Positions 17,723-26,599 of a stretch of DNA of 28,398 nt are shown piece by piece. How positions within the stretch are numbered: position 1 is the first letter of the stretch; each line of letters begins with the position of its first letter. A model generated the notes under the pieces. That model made no database searches and was not told where the DNA came from. It was given only the letters and a program-made list of their open reading frames with translations. Source of the DNA: Terriglobales bacterium (GTDB taxonomy: Bacteria > Acidobacteriota > Terriglobia > Terriglobales > Acidobacteriaceae); assembly GCA_035639935.1 (NCBI GenBank), contig DASQXC010000056.1, forward strand, positions 1 to 28,398. Direction: 5' to 3'. The translations under genes and the position numbers were made by a program.

Positions 17723-17731
17723 ATTCTAACA
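17723..17731 (-). promoter_or_regulatory. Extended -10 (TGTTAGAAT) upstream of the ferredoxin
   Basis: Minus strand TG-T-TAGAAT about 40 nt before the ATG. Confidence 0.5.
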
Positions 17732-17868
17732 GATGGCGCGGACCACAATCAGCAAAGCAGGTGGGGGACTCGGCCTTTTCGACACTTAGATGCAGTGAAC
17801 GGAATCTATGGTCCCATGGACAGTTCGGCTGGAATCCTGAAAGACGAGCCAGTCTTTCCGGTTTTTCG

Positions 17869-17894
17869 ATTACCTAATTGCCAAATTACCCAAT
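17869..17894. repeat. 8-bp tandem repeat (ATTRCCHA x3)
   Basis: attaccta-attgccaa-attaccca-at, immediately downstream of the aconitase-family gene stop. Confidence 0.75.
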
Positions 17895-17895
17895 G

Positions 17896-19923
17896 TTAGG
17901 CGGAGACCAGTTGCTCTGATGGCTGATACTCCACAATATAGCCGGCAACGGCGCTGGCGGCGACGGTGTAAGGACTGGCGAGATACATCTGCCCGGGGCC
18001 GCTGCGGCCGGGAAAATTGCGGTTCTGCGCGGAAATCACGACCTGAGTCGGGCTGGTGGTCGCGCCCGGGCCGGCATTGATGCAGGCGCCGCAGCTCGGC
18101 TCAATCACCGTCACTCCAGCCTGGCGGAAGATGTCGAGATAGCCCTTGCGCACGCAGTATTCACGCGTTTCCTGTGACCCGAATTGGATGTAAAACTTCA
18201 CGGGGTCGGCAACCCGCTTGCCTTGGCGCAAGGCATCGGCGAGCACCGCCGCATACATGTCCATGTCCTCGTTCTTGCCGGCAGTGCAGGTGCCCCCGTA
18301 GGCGATCTCGACGGGCACAGGCGTGTTCAGCTCGCGCACGTATTTCCCATTCCCGGGATCTCCCGGTGTAGCAACCATGGGGGTGATCTCGGGGGCGTCG
18401 AGTTCGATCACATGCGCGTATTCGGCATCGGGGTCGCTCACCAGTCCTTCGATCATCTCCTCCGCCGCGCGTCGCTCCATACCGCGGCGCTCGACCAGGA
18501 ATTCCACTGCTTTTTGGTCCGGCGCCACGATGCCGGTGAATCCGCCGATCTCGGCCGCCATGTTGGTCATAGTGGCGCGCTCGTCCACACTGAGCTCTTC
18601 GATCGCCTCTCCGGCATACTCAATCACCTTGGCGAGCGCCTTGCCGCTCCTGACGTAATCGAGGCTGAGGACCTTCAGGATGAAATCCTTGGCGGTGACG
18701 TTCGGATGCTTCTTGCCACGGATCACCACGCGCACCGACTCGGGCACCTTCACGCGCACGTCTTTCGTGATCCAAGAGTTGAAGACATCGGTGGTACCGA
18801 TGCCGAAGGCGATGGCGCCGATGGCGCCCGAATGGGGTGTGTGCGAGTCCGAGCCAACGATCAATTGCCCGGGCAGCGCGTAGCTCTCCAGGATGATCGA
18901 GTGGCAGATGCCTTCCGACCCCTTGCGGTCTTTCAGTTCACCGTGCAACTTGATGCCACGCTCGCGGGCGAAGTCCTCCTGCTTCAACTTGAGCTGGGTT
19001 GCGAGGTCGAGCAGGCCCATCCTGCGCTTCTCTTGCGAGATCACCTCGTCGAGAAAGGTGAGGTGATCGCGGAAAAACAGAACTGAGGATGGATCATTGA
19101 TGGGAACGTCCTTGCCTACGAGATTGTGGTAGAAGATGGCCGCCATAGGCGTGACGTACTCGTGGCTGAAACGCATATCGGTGCGCGCGAAACCGGAATC
19201 GCCGGGCTTGACCCAGGGCACGCCGACTTTGCCCTCTGCGTCCACCATGTGCCGGGCAAAAATCTTCTCTGCCAAGGTCATTGGCCGCTTCCCAGTGCTT
19301 ATGGCTGGCAGGAAGATCCTCTTTTGCAAACGCGCGACGTTGAACGGGAAGAGTCCGCCGTACTCGATGATTTGACGGGTGATGTCGTCCTCGCCCCGGG
19401 TGAATTCCTCAAGTGGAATGTCTTCGCCACGGCGAATCTTGTCGATCAGCGTAAAATCGGTCGAGGTCAGCATCCCGAGATTCTGGCAGTTCTGCTTGTA
19501 AATGCGCTCGATATTCTCGGCGATCACGAGCTGAATGCCGGCGGCGCGCTCCGCATAAGGAGACTGCTCGCGGCTGGAGCCTTTGCCGCGCCGTTTCGCG
19601 CTCACCGCGCACACGAACCCGCCGCGCTTGACATCGCCGCGCTTGACGGGCAACTCGTTGCCGCACTTCAGGCCAGTGTAAGGAAACCCGCCCAGCGTTT
19701 CGTCAAAATAGAAGCAGATGTGCGCTGGTGTGATCTCGTCCGTGGAGATGTCATCGCGCAGTTTGGGATTGTTTTGCGAATTCGTGGTGTCCCAGGGCAG
19801 GTCTTCGCCCGCCAGTTGCCGCTTCACGAGTTCGGGATCTTCGGTCAGAAAAAGAATGCGCCCTTTCAGGCGCACACGGTCCGGGCGCTTCTCGATCTGG
19901 CGCTCTAAGAGAGGGTTCCCCAC
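17896..19923 (-). CDS. Aconitase-family hydro-lyase: N-terminal LeuD-like swivel domain fused to a LeuC-like [4Fe-4S] domain; substrate unknown
   Basis: Swivel motifs DDISTDEITP, GKGSSREQSP and ERIYKQNCQNLG. Catalytic-domain motifs MTLAEKIF, FRDH, EGICH, GSDSHT, GGTCTAG, PSCGAC, NRNFPGRSG and YLASP..VAASA. Start set at GTG 19923 (675 aa); the longer 20007 start overlaps the divergent gene. Confidence 0.88.
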   Translation of the reverse strand: MGNPLLERQIEKRPDRVRLKGRILFLTEDPELVKRQLAGEDLPWDTTNSQNNPKLRDDISTDEITPAHICFYFDETLGGFPYTGLKCGNELPVKRGDVKRGGFVCAVSAKRRGKGSSREQSPYAERAAGIQLVIAENIERIYKQNCQNLGMLTSTDFTLIDKIRRGEDIPLEEFTRGEDDITRQIIEYGGLFPFNVARLQKRIFLPAISTGKRPMTLAEKIFARHMVDAEGKVGVPWVKPGDSGFARTDMRFSHEYVTPMAAIFYHNLVGKDVPINDPSSVLFFRDHLTFLDEVISQEKRRMGLLDLATQLKLKQEDFARERGIKLHGELKDRKGSEGICHSIILESYALPGQLIVGSDSHTPHSGAIGAIAFGIGTTDVFNSWITKDVRVKVPESVRVVIRGKKHPNVTAKDFILKVLSLDYVRSGKALAKVIEYAGEAIEELSVDERATMTNMAAEIGGFTGIVAPDQKAVEFLVERRGMERRAAEEMIEGLVSDPDAEYAHVIELDAPEITPMVATPGDPGNGKYVRELNTPVPVEIAYGGTCTAGKNEDMDMYAAVLADALRQGKRVADPVKFYIQFGSQETREYCVRKGYLDIFRQAGVTVIEPSCGACINAGPGATTSPTQVVISAQNRNFPGRSGPGQMYLASPYTVAASAVAGYIVEYQPSEQLVSA

Positions 19924-19930
19924 CGCAGTT

Positions 19931-19939
19931 ATTCTAACA
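19931..19939 (-). promoter_or_regulatory. Extended -10 (TGTTAGAAT) 7 nt before GTG 19923
   Basis: Minus strand TG-T-TAGAAT-aactgcg-GTG; no SD. Confidence 0.55.
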
Positions 19940-19950
19940 AAGGCCGGACG

Positions 19951-19959
19951 TGGTACATT
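19951..19959 (+). promoter_or_regulatory. Extended -10 (TGGTACATT) for the divergent hypothetical gene
   Basis: TG-G-TACATT 26 nt before ATG 19986. Confidence 0.45.
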
Positions 19960-19985
19960 GGAGACACACCGTTCCCAAAGCTTAG

Positions 19986-21038
19986 ATGCCGGAGGTATTC
20001 CAGCCACGCCATTCCGTACTCATTGTGATGTGCCTCATGCTGGCTGCGATCGGTGGCGCGCAGGAGCAGGGGTGCGCTGATTTGCACGCGCTCAAGAAGT
20101 CGACTTATAACTTCCGCCCGACCAAGCTCACCCAGCAACAGCAGGTCGCGAAACAAAAACAGATTAACCACTTCTGGGAGACGGCTGAAGCCCAAGGCGA
20201 GAGAGGAATATCGTGCCTGCGGGGAATGCTGAAATCCGAGACAGCCGATTCCTTCTTCCTGTTCGATGCCGCCAGCCTGCTTTTGCACCTGGATGATTCG
20301 GGACCATCACTAGCTGCCGTTAGTGACGCCGTCGAACGTAGCGATCTGGGAGAGATCAATGCCGCAGGGTACGTCGAGCTCGTAATGGAACTGGCAGAGC
20401 ACGGACTTGATACCGGCGCGTTAGCCGAGAAGTACATCCGCTCTCCCAAGGTGGACGGCTATGTCGCGGAGCACTCTTTTCCTCTGGACCGTGCGACCGG
20501 CGGCATTTTTCTGTACGCGAGCATGCCGCCGGAGCGTGCTGACAAATACCTGGTCCCACTGTTGCGCGCCAAAGAGTCCTACGTACGTGGCACAGCAGCG
20601 CTTTTGCTCGCGCTCAACATGACGCGCGAGAGCTACCGCGCACTCGCCCGACTGCCCGGCCTCGAAGGGCTGCCCGACACCGCGCGCAAGCAGGTAGTTG
20701 CCGCTCTGGCGTACCATGCGCCCGTCGGCAGGGCGATCCCGACATACTCTCGGGAAAGGGTGCTGGCGCGGCTGCGCGAACTGCCGCGCACCGCGGAGCA
20801 GATGGAGGCCGAACTCAAGAAAGAAAGGCCCGTTATCGGGATCGCCCACGACGAGCCGTTCCTCCGCAGCGCGACTGCAACCTTGACTGCCGCCGACCTG
20901 GATACGGTGCGACAGGCGCGGCGGGCAGCACTCATGTCAGTATCTGACGAAAGTCTTTACGAGTATGCAGCCTACACGCAGATCATCCTAGGCGTGATCA
21001 ACCGTCTGGATCTGTATAGCGAATACCGCGTGCATTAA
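19986..21038 (+). CDS. Secreted/periplasmic alpha-helical protein of unknown function
   Basis: 350 aa filling the gap between opposite-strand genes. Signal-peptide-like N-terminus (VLIVMCLMLAAIGGA-Q). Ala/Leu-rich amphipathic helical pattern. Confidence 0.7.
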   Translation: MPEVFQPRHSVLIVMCLMLAAIGGAQEQGCADLHALKKSTYNFRPTKLTQQQQVAKQKQINHFWETAEAQGERGISCLRGMLKSETADSFFLFDAASLLLHLDDSGPSLAAVSDAVERSDLGEINAAGYVELVMELAEHGLDTGALAEKYIRSPKVDGYVAEHSFPLDRATGGIFLYASMPPERADKYLVPLLRAKESYVRGTAALLLALNMTRESYRALARLPGLEGLPDTARKQVVAALAYHAPVGRAIPTYSRERVLARLRELPRTAEQMEAELKKERPVIGIAHDEPFLRSATATLTAADLDTVRQARRAALMSVSDESLYEYAAYTQIILGVINRLDLYSEYRVH

Positions 21039-21072
21039 CCAACACAAGCCGCCGCTGGCTGCCAGCGCCGCA

Positions 21073-22674
21073 TCACTGATGCTCGCGCGGCATCGCGGGC
21101 GGCGTGGAGACCCAAAAGAAATCCAGATGCTGCGGGGCGAAAGCGCCTAAATGCGAGGCGCGTCTTAGGGGCACCAATTTCAAAAGTTCATCGGCCTGAG
21201 CTTCGGGCACGACCACCAGATGGTCCTGCAGTGGCAGTTCACCGCGCTCATAACGTGGAATCGGACGATTCCGGTAAAAGGCCAAGCCGTACTCGGTCTC
21301 GCGCGAAACCTTAAACACTGCGACCTTCACCGGGTGGCCCTCCATACGTGTGATCTCGCGTGCAAGCGGACGGGCCGAGAGCGCATTGTCAATGGCCGGG
21401 GCGCCAATCCGTAGCAGAAAAGCCAAGCCGAGGACCACCGGAGTCAGTACCACTACCTGCAAGGCCGCCGCGCCTTTGCGCGCCAGCGTGCTCACAGTGG
21501 CGACGAACACCAGCCCCCCAATTCCCGGGGCAAGCCAGAGCGCCTCCGAGGGGATATGGCGGTACACTAGCAAGTTGGGATAAAGCAGCGCCAATGTTAG
21601 CAGGGCTGCTGACAGCACGCTCTGCGCGAGGATTACGACCCAATCCAATCGCACTTGCCTGGCCACCCAATCTGCGGCAAGCACCGTGCACGCGGGCATG
21701 GCCGGCAGAATGTATCCGGGCAACTTGGATGCTGAAATGGAAAAGAACACCACCACGACAGCGACCCAGAGCACCAGGAATTTTCTAAGAGCTTGCTCCT
21801 GGCTGGGTAGATGCTGGTGCCCTCGCTTGACCGTATCCACCCATGCCGCGAACACCAGCGCTGTCCACGGCATCACCCCCAGCAGCAATACCGGCACGAA
21901 GTACCAGAACGGCTGCTTGTGGTGATACACGTTGGTGGCGAACCGCTCCAAGTTGTGTTGGAGGATGAATTCCCGCAAGAACTGTGGATTCTGAAGCTGC
22001 ACGGCGACGTACCAGGGGAGGGACAGCCCGAGGAAAAGCAGGACGCCAGGAGCCCACAACGTACACGTCACCAGCCGCGCCTCACGCTGCGCCAGAGCGA
22101 ACGTGAGGATGATCAGCGCTGCGAGCAGAGGCGCTACTGGCCCTTTAGCCAGCATCCCGATGCCCATGAGGAAATAGAAGAAAATCAGCCACAAGCGATG
22201 CTCGCTGGCATACCACGCAAACCATGCCAGCATGCCCACACTAAACGCGGCAGCGAGCAGCATATCGGTTCCAGCCCCGCGCGCGAACCCGATCATGCCG
22301 GCCGAGGACGCAGTCATCAACGCGCCATTTACCTGCGAGCCCGGCCGAAAACGGCGCAGAAAAAAAAAGAGCATTGCGACCATGAAACTGGCCGCAGCCG
22401 CTGAGGGCAGACGTGCCGCCCAGTCGCTCACGCCCAATGCCCAATATGTCTTCATCGCCTCCCAATAGTAGAGGGGCGGCTTTTCCAGCCACGGGTTGCC
22501 GTAGAGGGTAGGAGTGACCAAGTCGCGCCGCTCCAGCATCTCGCGCGCAATCTGCGCGTACCGCGGCTCGTCAGCGCCCAACAGGCCGAACGCTGAAAGG
22601 CCGAAATAAAAGAGGAATGCGCAGAAGCCCGCGACCGTCAGGAGTTCAACCAGCCTGCCTCTGCACTGGGACAT
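21073..22674 (-). CDS. ArnT/PMT-like GT-C glycosyltransferase (lipid-linked sugar donor)
   Basis: ADEPRYAQIAREM, PTLYGNPWLEKPPLYYW, RLPSA, LAKGPVA, HHKQPFWYF and SKLPGYILP motifs; ~12 TM segments. Confidence 0.9.
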   Translation of the reverse strand: MSQCRGRLVELLTVAGFCAFLFYFGLSAFGLLGADEPRYAQIAREMLERRDLVTPTLYGNPWLEKPPLYYWEAMKTYWALGVSDWAARLPSAAAASFMVAMLFFFLRRFRPGSQVNGALMTASSAGMIGFARGAGTDMLLAAAFSVGMLAWFAWYASEHRLWLIFFYFLMGIGMLAKGPVAPLLAALIILTFALAQREARLVTCTLWAPGVLLFLGLSLPWYVAVQLQNPQFLREFILQHNLERFATNVYHHKQPFWYFVPVLLLGVMPWTALVFAAWVDTVKRGHQHLPSQEQALRKFLVLWVAVVVVFFSISASKLPGYILPAMPACTVLAADWVARQVRLDWVVILAQSVLSAALLTLALLYPNLLVYRHIPSEALWLAPGIGGLVFVATVSTLARKGAAALQVVVLTPVVLGLAFLLRIGAPAIDNALSARPLAREITRMEGHPVKVAVFKVSRETEYGLAFYRNRPIPRYERGELPLQDHLVVVPEAQADELLKLVPLRRASHLGAFAPQHLDFFWVSTPPAMPREHQ

Positions 22675-22680
22675 TGCGGC

Positions 22681-22689
22681 AGTGTAACA
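22681..22689 (-). promoter_or_regulatory. Extended -10 (TGTTACACT) 6 nt before the ArnT-like ATG
   Basis: Minus strand TG-T-TACACT-gccgca-ATG; no SD. Confidence 0.55.
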
Positions 22690-22719
22690 GTCCGGCCAGA
22701 TTGGTGTGCGTCGGGGTTT

Positions 22720-23085
22720 TCAGCCCTTCCGCTTCTTGAGCCGTTCCAGCAGCTGATCAATGCGTGCCCCGTACTGTTCCGACCTGTCAAGCAGGAAGTG
22801 CAGTTCAGGTGCGTGCCGCAACTGCAGGCGGTCTTTCAGCTCGTGGCGGATGAAGCCTTTTGCGGACTCGATGCCGACCATCGTTTCCTGTGCCTGCTTC
22901 TCATCCCCAGCGACAGCGATGAAAACTCGCGCTGAACGTGTGTCGGGTGCCCACTGCACCTCACTTACACTCGCCAGCCCGACGCGCGGATCTGCCAACT
23001 CGCCCTCGAGAATCGCACCGATTTCGTCGCGCATCGCGTCCGCCAGGCGCTGCATGTGATGTTCACGCCCGCGACGCTCCGGCAT
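22720..23085 (-). CDS. rbfA: 30S ribosome-binding factor A
   Basis: RLADAMRDEIG, DPRVG...VSEV...D.RSARVF and GFIRHEL..RLQLRHAPELHF..D.S..YG.RID.LL motifs; downstream of infB. Confidence 0.95.
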   Translation of the reverse strand: MPERRGREHHMQRLADAMRDEIGAILEGELADPRVGLASVSEVQWAPDTRSARVFIAVAGDEKQAQETMVGIESAKGFIRHELKDRLQLRHAPELHFLLDRSEQYGARIDQLLERLKKRKG

Positions 23086-23111
23086 GCTCTCGCCCTTCCA
23101 AGAAAACTAAG

Positions 23112-23120
23112 AGAATAACA
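23112..23120 (-). promoter_or_regulatory. Candidate internal extended -10 (TGTTATTCT) upstream of rbfA
   Basis: Minus strand TG-T-TATTCT 26 nt before ATG 23085. Confidence 0.4.
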
Positions 23121-23178
23121 GACTCCAATAATCGCCCGGCAGCTCCCTTCCGTGGAGTGCAAAGCGTTGGCCGCGCGT

Positions 23179-23469
23179 TCAGAGGAATTCGATGAACGAA
23201 TCCGTGATTTCCGCTCCGGTGGAAGAAGCGACCCGTCCAGCTTCACGCTCCACGTTTTGCATCAGGCCCGCGAGATACTCCTGCGAGCCGGAGATGGAGA
23301 CCACGCCAATAGTAGCGCGCTGCCACAAGTCAGTTGCATCCAGCTCGGCGACGGAAACATTAAAGCCGTTACGCAACTTGTCCTTCAGGCTGCGCAGCAC
23401 TTGGCGCTTGTCTTTGAGGGAATGGGCGCCTTCGATGCGCAGTTCAAGCGTGAGAAAGGCAATCGGCAT
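23179..23469 (-). CDS. DUF503 (YlxP-like) protein
   Basis: LELRI.GAHSLKDKRQVLRSLKDKLR..FNVSVAE.D..DLWQR..IG.V.IS motif; conserved position between infB and rbfA. Confidence 0.92.
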   Translation of the reverse strand: MPIAFLTLELRIEGAHSLKDKRQVLRSLKDKLRNGFNVSVAELDATDLWQRATIGVVSISGSQEYLAGLMQNVEREAGRVASSTGAEITDSFIEFL

Positions 23470-23541
23470 AAGACGCCAGTCGCCGGTCCCCCGTTACAAA
23501 TATTCCGGCTGGCGGATGGCTCCTGGCGACTGACTACTGCT

Positions 23542-26430
23542 TTACGCGGGAACTTCCGCTGCGATCCGCTCCGTCACGAAGGCTTCAATCAGGTCGCCAA
23601 CCTTGATATCCCCATAATTGGCGATGGAGATGCCGCATTCCAGGCCGTTGCGGACTTCCGCCACGTCCTCTTTGAAGCGGCGGAGCGACACGATCTTACC
23701 CTTAAAGACCTGCACATTATCGCGGAGCAGGCGCACTTCGGCATCGCGCTTAATCGTGCCGTCCTGCACATAGCAGCCGGCGACCATACCCACTTTGGGA
23801 ATACGGAACGTCTCGCGCACTTCGGCGCGGCCCAGGTAACTCTCCTTAATCGTCGGCTCCAGCAGGCCGGCCATGGCCTTTTTCATTTCATCCTGCAGCT
23901 CGTAGATGATCGAGTGCAGGCGAATTTCCACGCCCTCTTGCTCGGCCACTTCCTGCGCTTTGCGCTCAGGACGCACGTTGAAGCCGATGATCACGGCATC
24001 CGACGCCGACGCCAGCAGCACGTCGGTCTCGGTGATGGCGCCCACGCTGGCGTGCAGGACCTTGATCTTTACTTTCTCCGTGGACATCTTGCCCAGCATA
24101 TCCGCCAAGACCTCCACCGAGCCCTGTACGTCGCCTTTGAGAATGATGGGCAGTTCCTTAACACCCGCAGCTTTGACCTGTTCCGCCAAGCCTTCCAAGG
24201 AGACGCGCGTACTCTTGGCCAGTTGCGCCTCGCGGGCCTTCTGCTCGCGGAATTGGGCAACCTCGCGTGCCTTGTCGCGCTCCGCGACCACCACCATTTG
24301 ATCGCCCGCCTGCGGTAGACCTTCCAGACCCAGAACCTCGACCGGCGTTGAAGGGGGCGCCTCTCCCAGCACGTTGCCGCGATCGTCAAACATGGCGCGC
24401 ACCCGCCCAAAGACGTTGCCCACCACAAAGTAATCGCCTATACGCAACGTGCCGTTCTGCACCAGCACAGTGGCCACATTGCCGCGGCCGCGATCCAGCT
24501 TGGCCTCGATCACCACGCCGGTAGCCGGACGATCGGGAGTCGCCTTGAGCTCTTGCAAGTCCGCAACAAGACAGATCATTTCCAGCATCAAATTCAGGTT
24601 CTTTTTCTGCTTGGCGGAAACCTCGACGAATACCGTCTGGCCGCCCCAATCTTCCGGCATCAGACCGCGATCGGCCAGTTGCTTCCTTACCCTCTCGGGC
24701 ATGGCGTCGGGTTTGTCGATCTTGTTCACTGCCACAATGATCGGCACCTTGGCAGCGTTGGCATGGTCGATGGCTTCGAGCGTTTGCGGCATGACGCCGT
24801 CATCAGCCGCGACCACCAGCACCACGATGTCCGTCACTTTAGCGCCGCGGGCACGCATGCGCGTGAACGCCTCATGACCCGGGGTGTCGAGGAACACGAT
24901 CTCGCGACCATAGGCCGGCGATTGCGGATCCACAATCTGTAGCTTGTAAGCTCCGATGTGCTGGGTAATCCCGCCCGCCTCGCCCTCGGCGACGTTGGTC
25001 TTACGGATGGAGTCCAGCAGCGTAGTCTTGCCGTGATCCACATGGCCCATGATGGTGACCACGGGCGGACGTGGCACCTCCTGCCCGGCAGTTTCTTCTC
25101 CGCCGGCCAGGACTTGAGCCGCCTCCTTTGCTGCAGCCTCTTCAAAGCTAATCACCTGCGCCTCGGCCCCGAACTGCCGCGCCATGTCTCGTGCCAACTC
25201 CGCATCCAGAGTTTGGTTGACGGTCGCCAGCACGCCGCGGGCTAACAACCGCGCGATAACATCTTTGGCGCGCACTCCGAGCTTCTCTGCCAGGTCCTTG
25301 ACGCTGATGCCTTCGGTAATAGTGATGTTGCGGCTGATGGGCAGCGGCTCCGCCGCGAGGTCCAGGCGTGGCGGCGGTACAAATCCCTTCATCGGCCCTT
25401 CTTTGACTCCCCGCGGAACGTAGCGCTGTCCAGGCCGCCGTGGCGGCGCCCCAGGACGTCCCGCGGGACGTGCTGCTGGAGGCGGCAGGCCAGGCCCTAC
25501 TCCCAGTGGTCGGGTGCCTGTGGGCGACTGTCGCGTGGGATGCATAGGACGACGCTCGCCGGGCCGCAAGGGCGGTCGCGGAGCAGGGGCTGCAGGCCGA
25601 GGACGCTGGAAGATCGGCTTTCCCGGAACGGGCCGCCCAGGGGCCGGCCGACCTTGCGCAGCCGGTTGGGCACGCGGCGGTTGCTGCGGCGGAGCTTGAT
25701 AGACAGGGCGGGGCCCGGTCTGCGGCACGATCACGCGCCGCACCGGCCGCGAAACTCCAGGGGGAACCGGCGCCTTCGGCGGCTGTGCCTGCACTGGTGC
25801 TGGAGTTTTTGCCGGTGGAGGCGCAGTAGCTTGCGGCGGGGGTGCGGGAGCTGGCGGCCGTACCGGCGGCGTAATACCCACTTCGGATTGCGGTGCCGAT
25901 TCAGGAGCGGCTTGCTCAGTTGGCGTAGGCGGAGCAGCATGCGGCGGACGAGGCGCCGCGGGAGGCATAGCTGGGGGCGTAATCGCTGGAACTCGTGCCT
26001 GGGGCACAGGAGCGGCAGGTTTGGCTGCAAGCGGTGCCTGCGGCGGCGACACGGGGGCGGCCGGACGTGGCGAGGCCACTGTAGCCGGGCGCGTTGGCGC
26101 CTCAGGAGCACGGGTTGGACGCGCAGGGGCAACTGGCTGCGTTTTCTGCTGGATCGCCTTGAACACGTCGCCAGGCCTGGAAATGTGCGAAAGGTCGAAC
26201 TTCGGCCTGATCTCCTCGGTTCCGAGGCGGCCACCACGCGTCTCCTTGACAGCAGCAGGCGCCCGGTGAGCGGCAAAGTGCTGGCGCACCTTCTCCGCTT
26301 CGTCCACTTCAATTGAACTGGAATGCGTCTTCTTGTCAGTAACGCCAATGGAGGGCAGGAATTCCAGGATCTCCTTACTCTTGACTTCCAACTCCCTTGC
26401 CAGATCGTTGATTCGAATTTTCGCTTGCAT
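23542..26430 (-). CDS. infB: Translation initiation factor IF-2
   Basis: [52 protein letters not shown] and [11 protein letters not shown] motifs; N-terminal [11 protein letters not shown] domain; Pro-rich linker. Confidence 0.98.
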   Translation of the reverse strand: MQAKIRINDLARELEVKSKEILEFLPSIGVTDKKTHSSSIEVDEAEKVRQHFAAHRAPAAVKETRGGRLGTEEIRPKFDLSHISRPGDVFKAIQQKTQPVAPARPTRAPEAPTRPATVASPRPAAPVSPPQAPLAAKPAAPVPQARVPAITPPAMPPAAPRPPHAAPPTPTEQAAPESAPQSEVGITPPVRPPAPAPPPQATAPPPAKTPAPVQAQPPKAPVPPGVSRPVRRVIVPQTGPRPVYQAPPQQPPRAQPAAQGRPAPGRPVPGKPIFQRPRPAAPAPRPPLRPGERRPMHPTRQSPTGTRPLGVGPGLPPPAARPAGRPGAPPRRPGQRYVPRGVKEGPMKGFVPPPRLDLAAEPLPISRNITITEGISVKDLAEKLGVRAKDVIARLLARGVLATVNQTLDAELARDMARQFGAEAQVISFEEAAAKEAAQVLAGGEETAGQEVPRPPVVTIMGHVDHGKTTLLDSIRKTNVAEGEAGGITQHIGAYKLQIVDPQSPAYGREIVFLDTPGHEAFTRMRARGAKVTDIVVLVVAADDGVMPQTLEAIDHANAAKVPIIVAVNKIDKPDAMPERVRKQLADRGLMPEDWGGQTVFVEVSAKQKKNLNLMLEMICLVADLQELKATPDRPATGVVIEAKLDRGRGNVATVLVQNGTLRIGDYFVVGNVFGRVRAMFDDRGNVLGEAPPSTPVEVLGLEGLPQAGDQMVVVAERDKAREVAQFREQKAREAQLAKSTRVSLEGLAEQVKAAGVKELPIILKGDVQGSVEVLADMLGKMSTEKVKIKVLHASVGAITETDVLLASASDAVIIGFNVRPERKAQEVAEQEGVEIRLHSIIYELQDEMKKAMAGLLEPTIKESYLGRAEVRETFRIPKVGMVAGCYVQDGTIKRDAEVRLLRDNVQVFKGKIVSLRRFKEDVAEVRNGLECGISIANYGDIKVGDLIEAFVTERIAAEVPA

Positions 26431-26599
26431 CCGCTATATATTTCTCCGAATTTCCGTCAAGTCTTCATCGCAACCTCACGGTGTTTCGGCTTGCTAGTGA
26501 TTAGATGTTAGCGCGGCCACGCTCGTCGCGCCGCCAACACTTATAAAGGACCCCGCAGAGAGGCAGCATGGGGCATCTCTACACATCCTTGAAGGTCTC

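Noticed and set aside
19924-20007. N-terminal extension of the aconitase-family ORF
   Set aside because: It overlaps the divergent gene start and both predicted promoters.
23152-24318. 388-aa plus-strand ORF and other long ORFs antisense to infB, leuS (9344-10516), guaA (13439-14308), the aconitase fusion (18184-19086, 19126-19908) and rtcB
   Set aside because: They overlap well-supported genes on the opposite strand or in another frame, have no recognisable motifs, and are expected shadow ORFs in GC-rich DNA.
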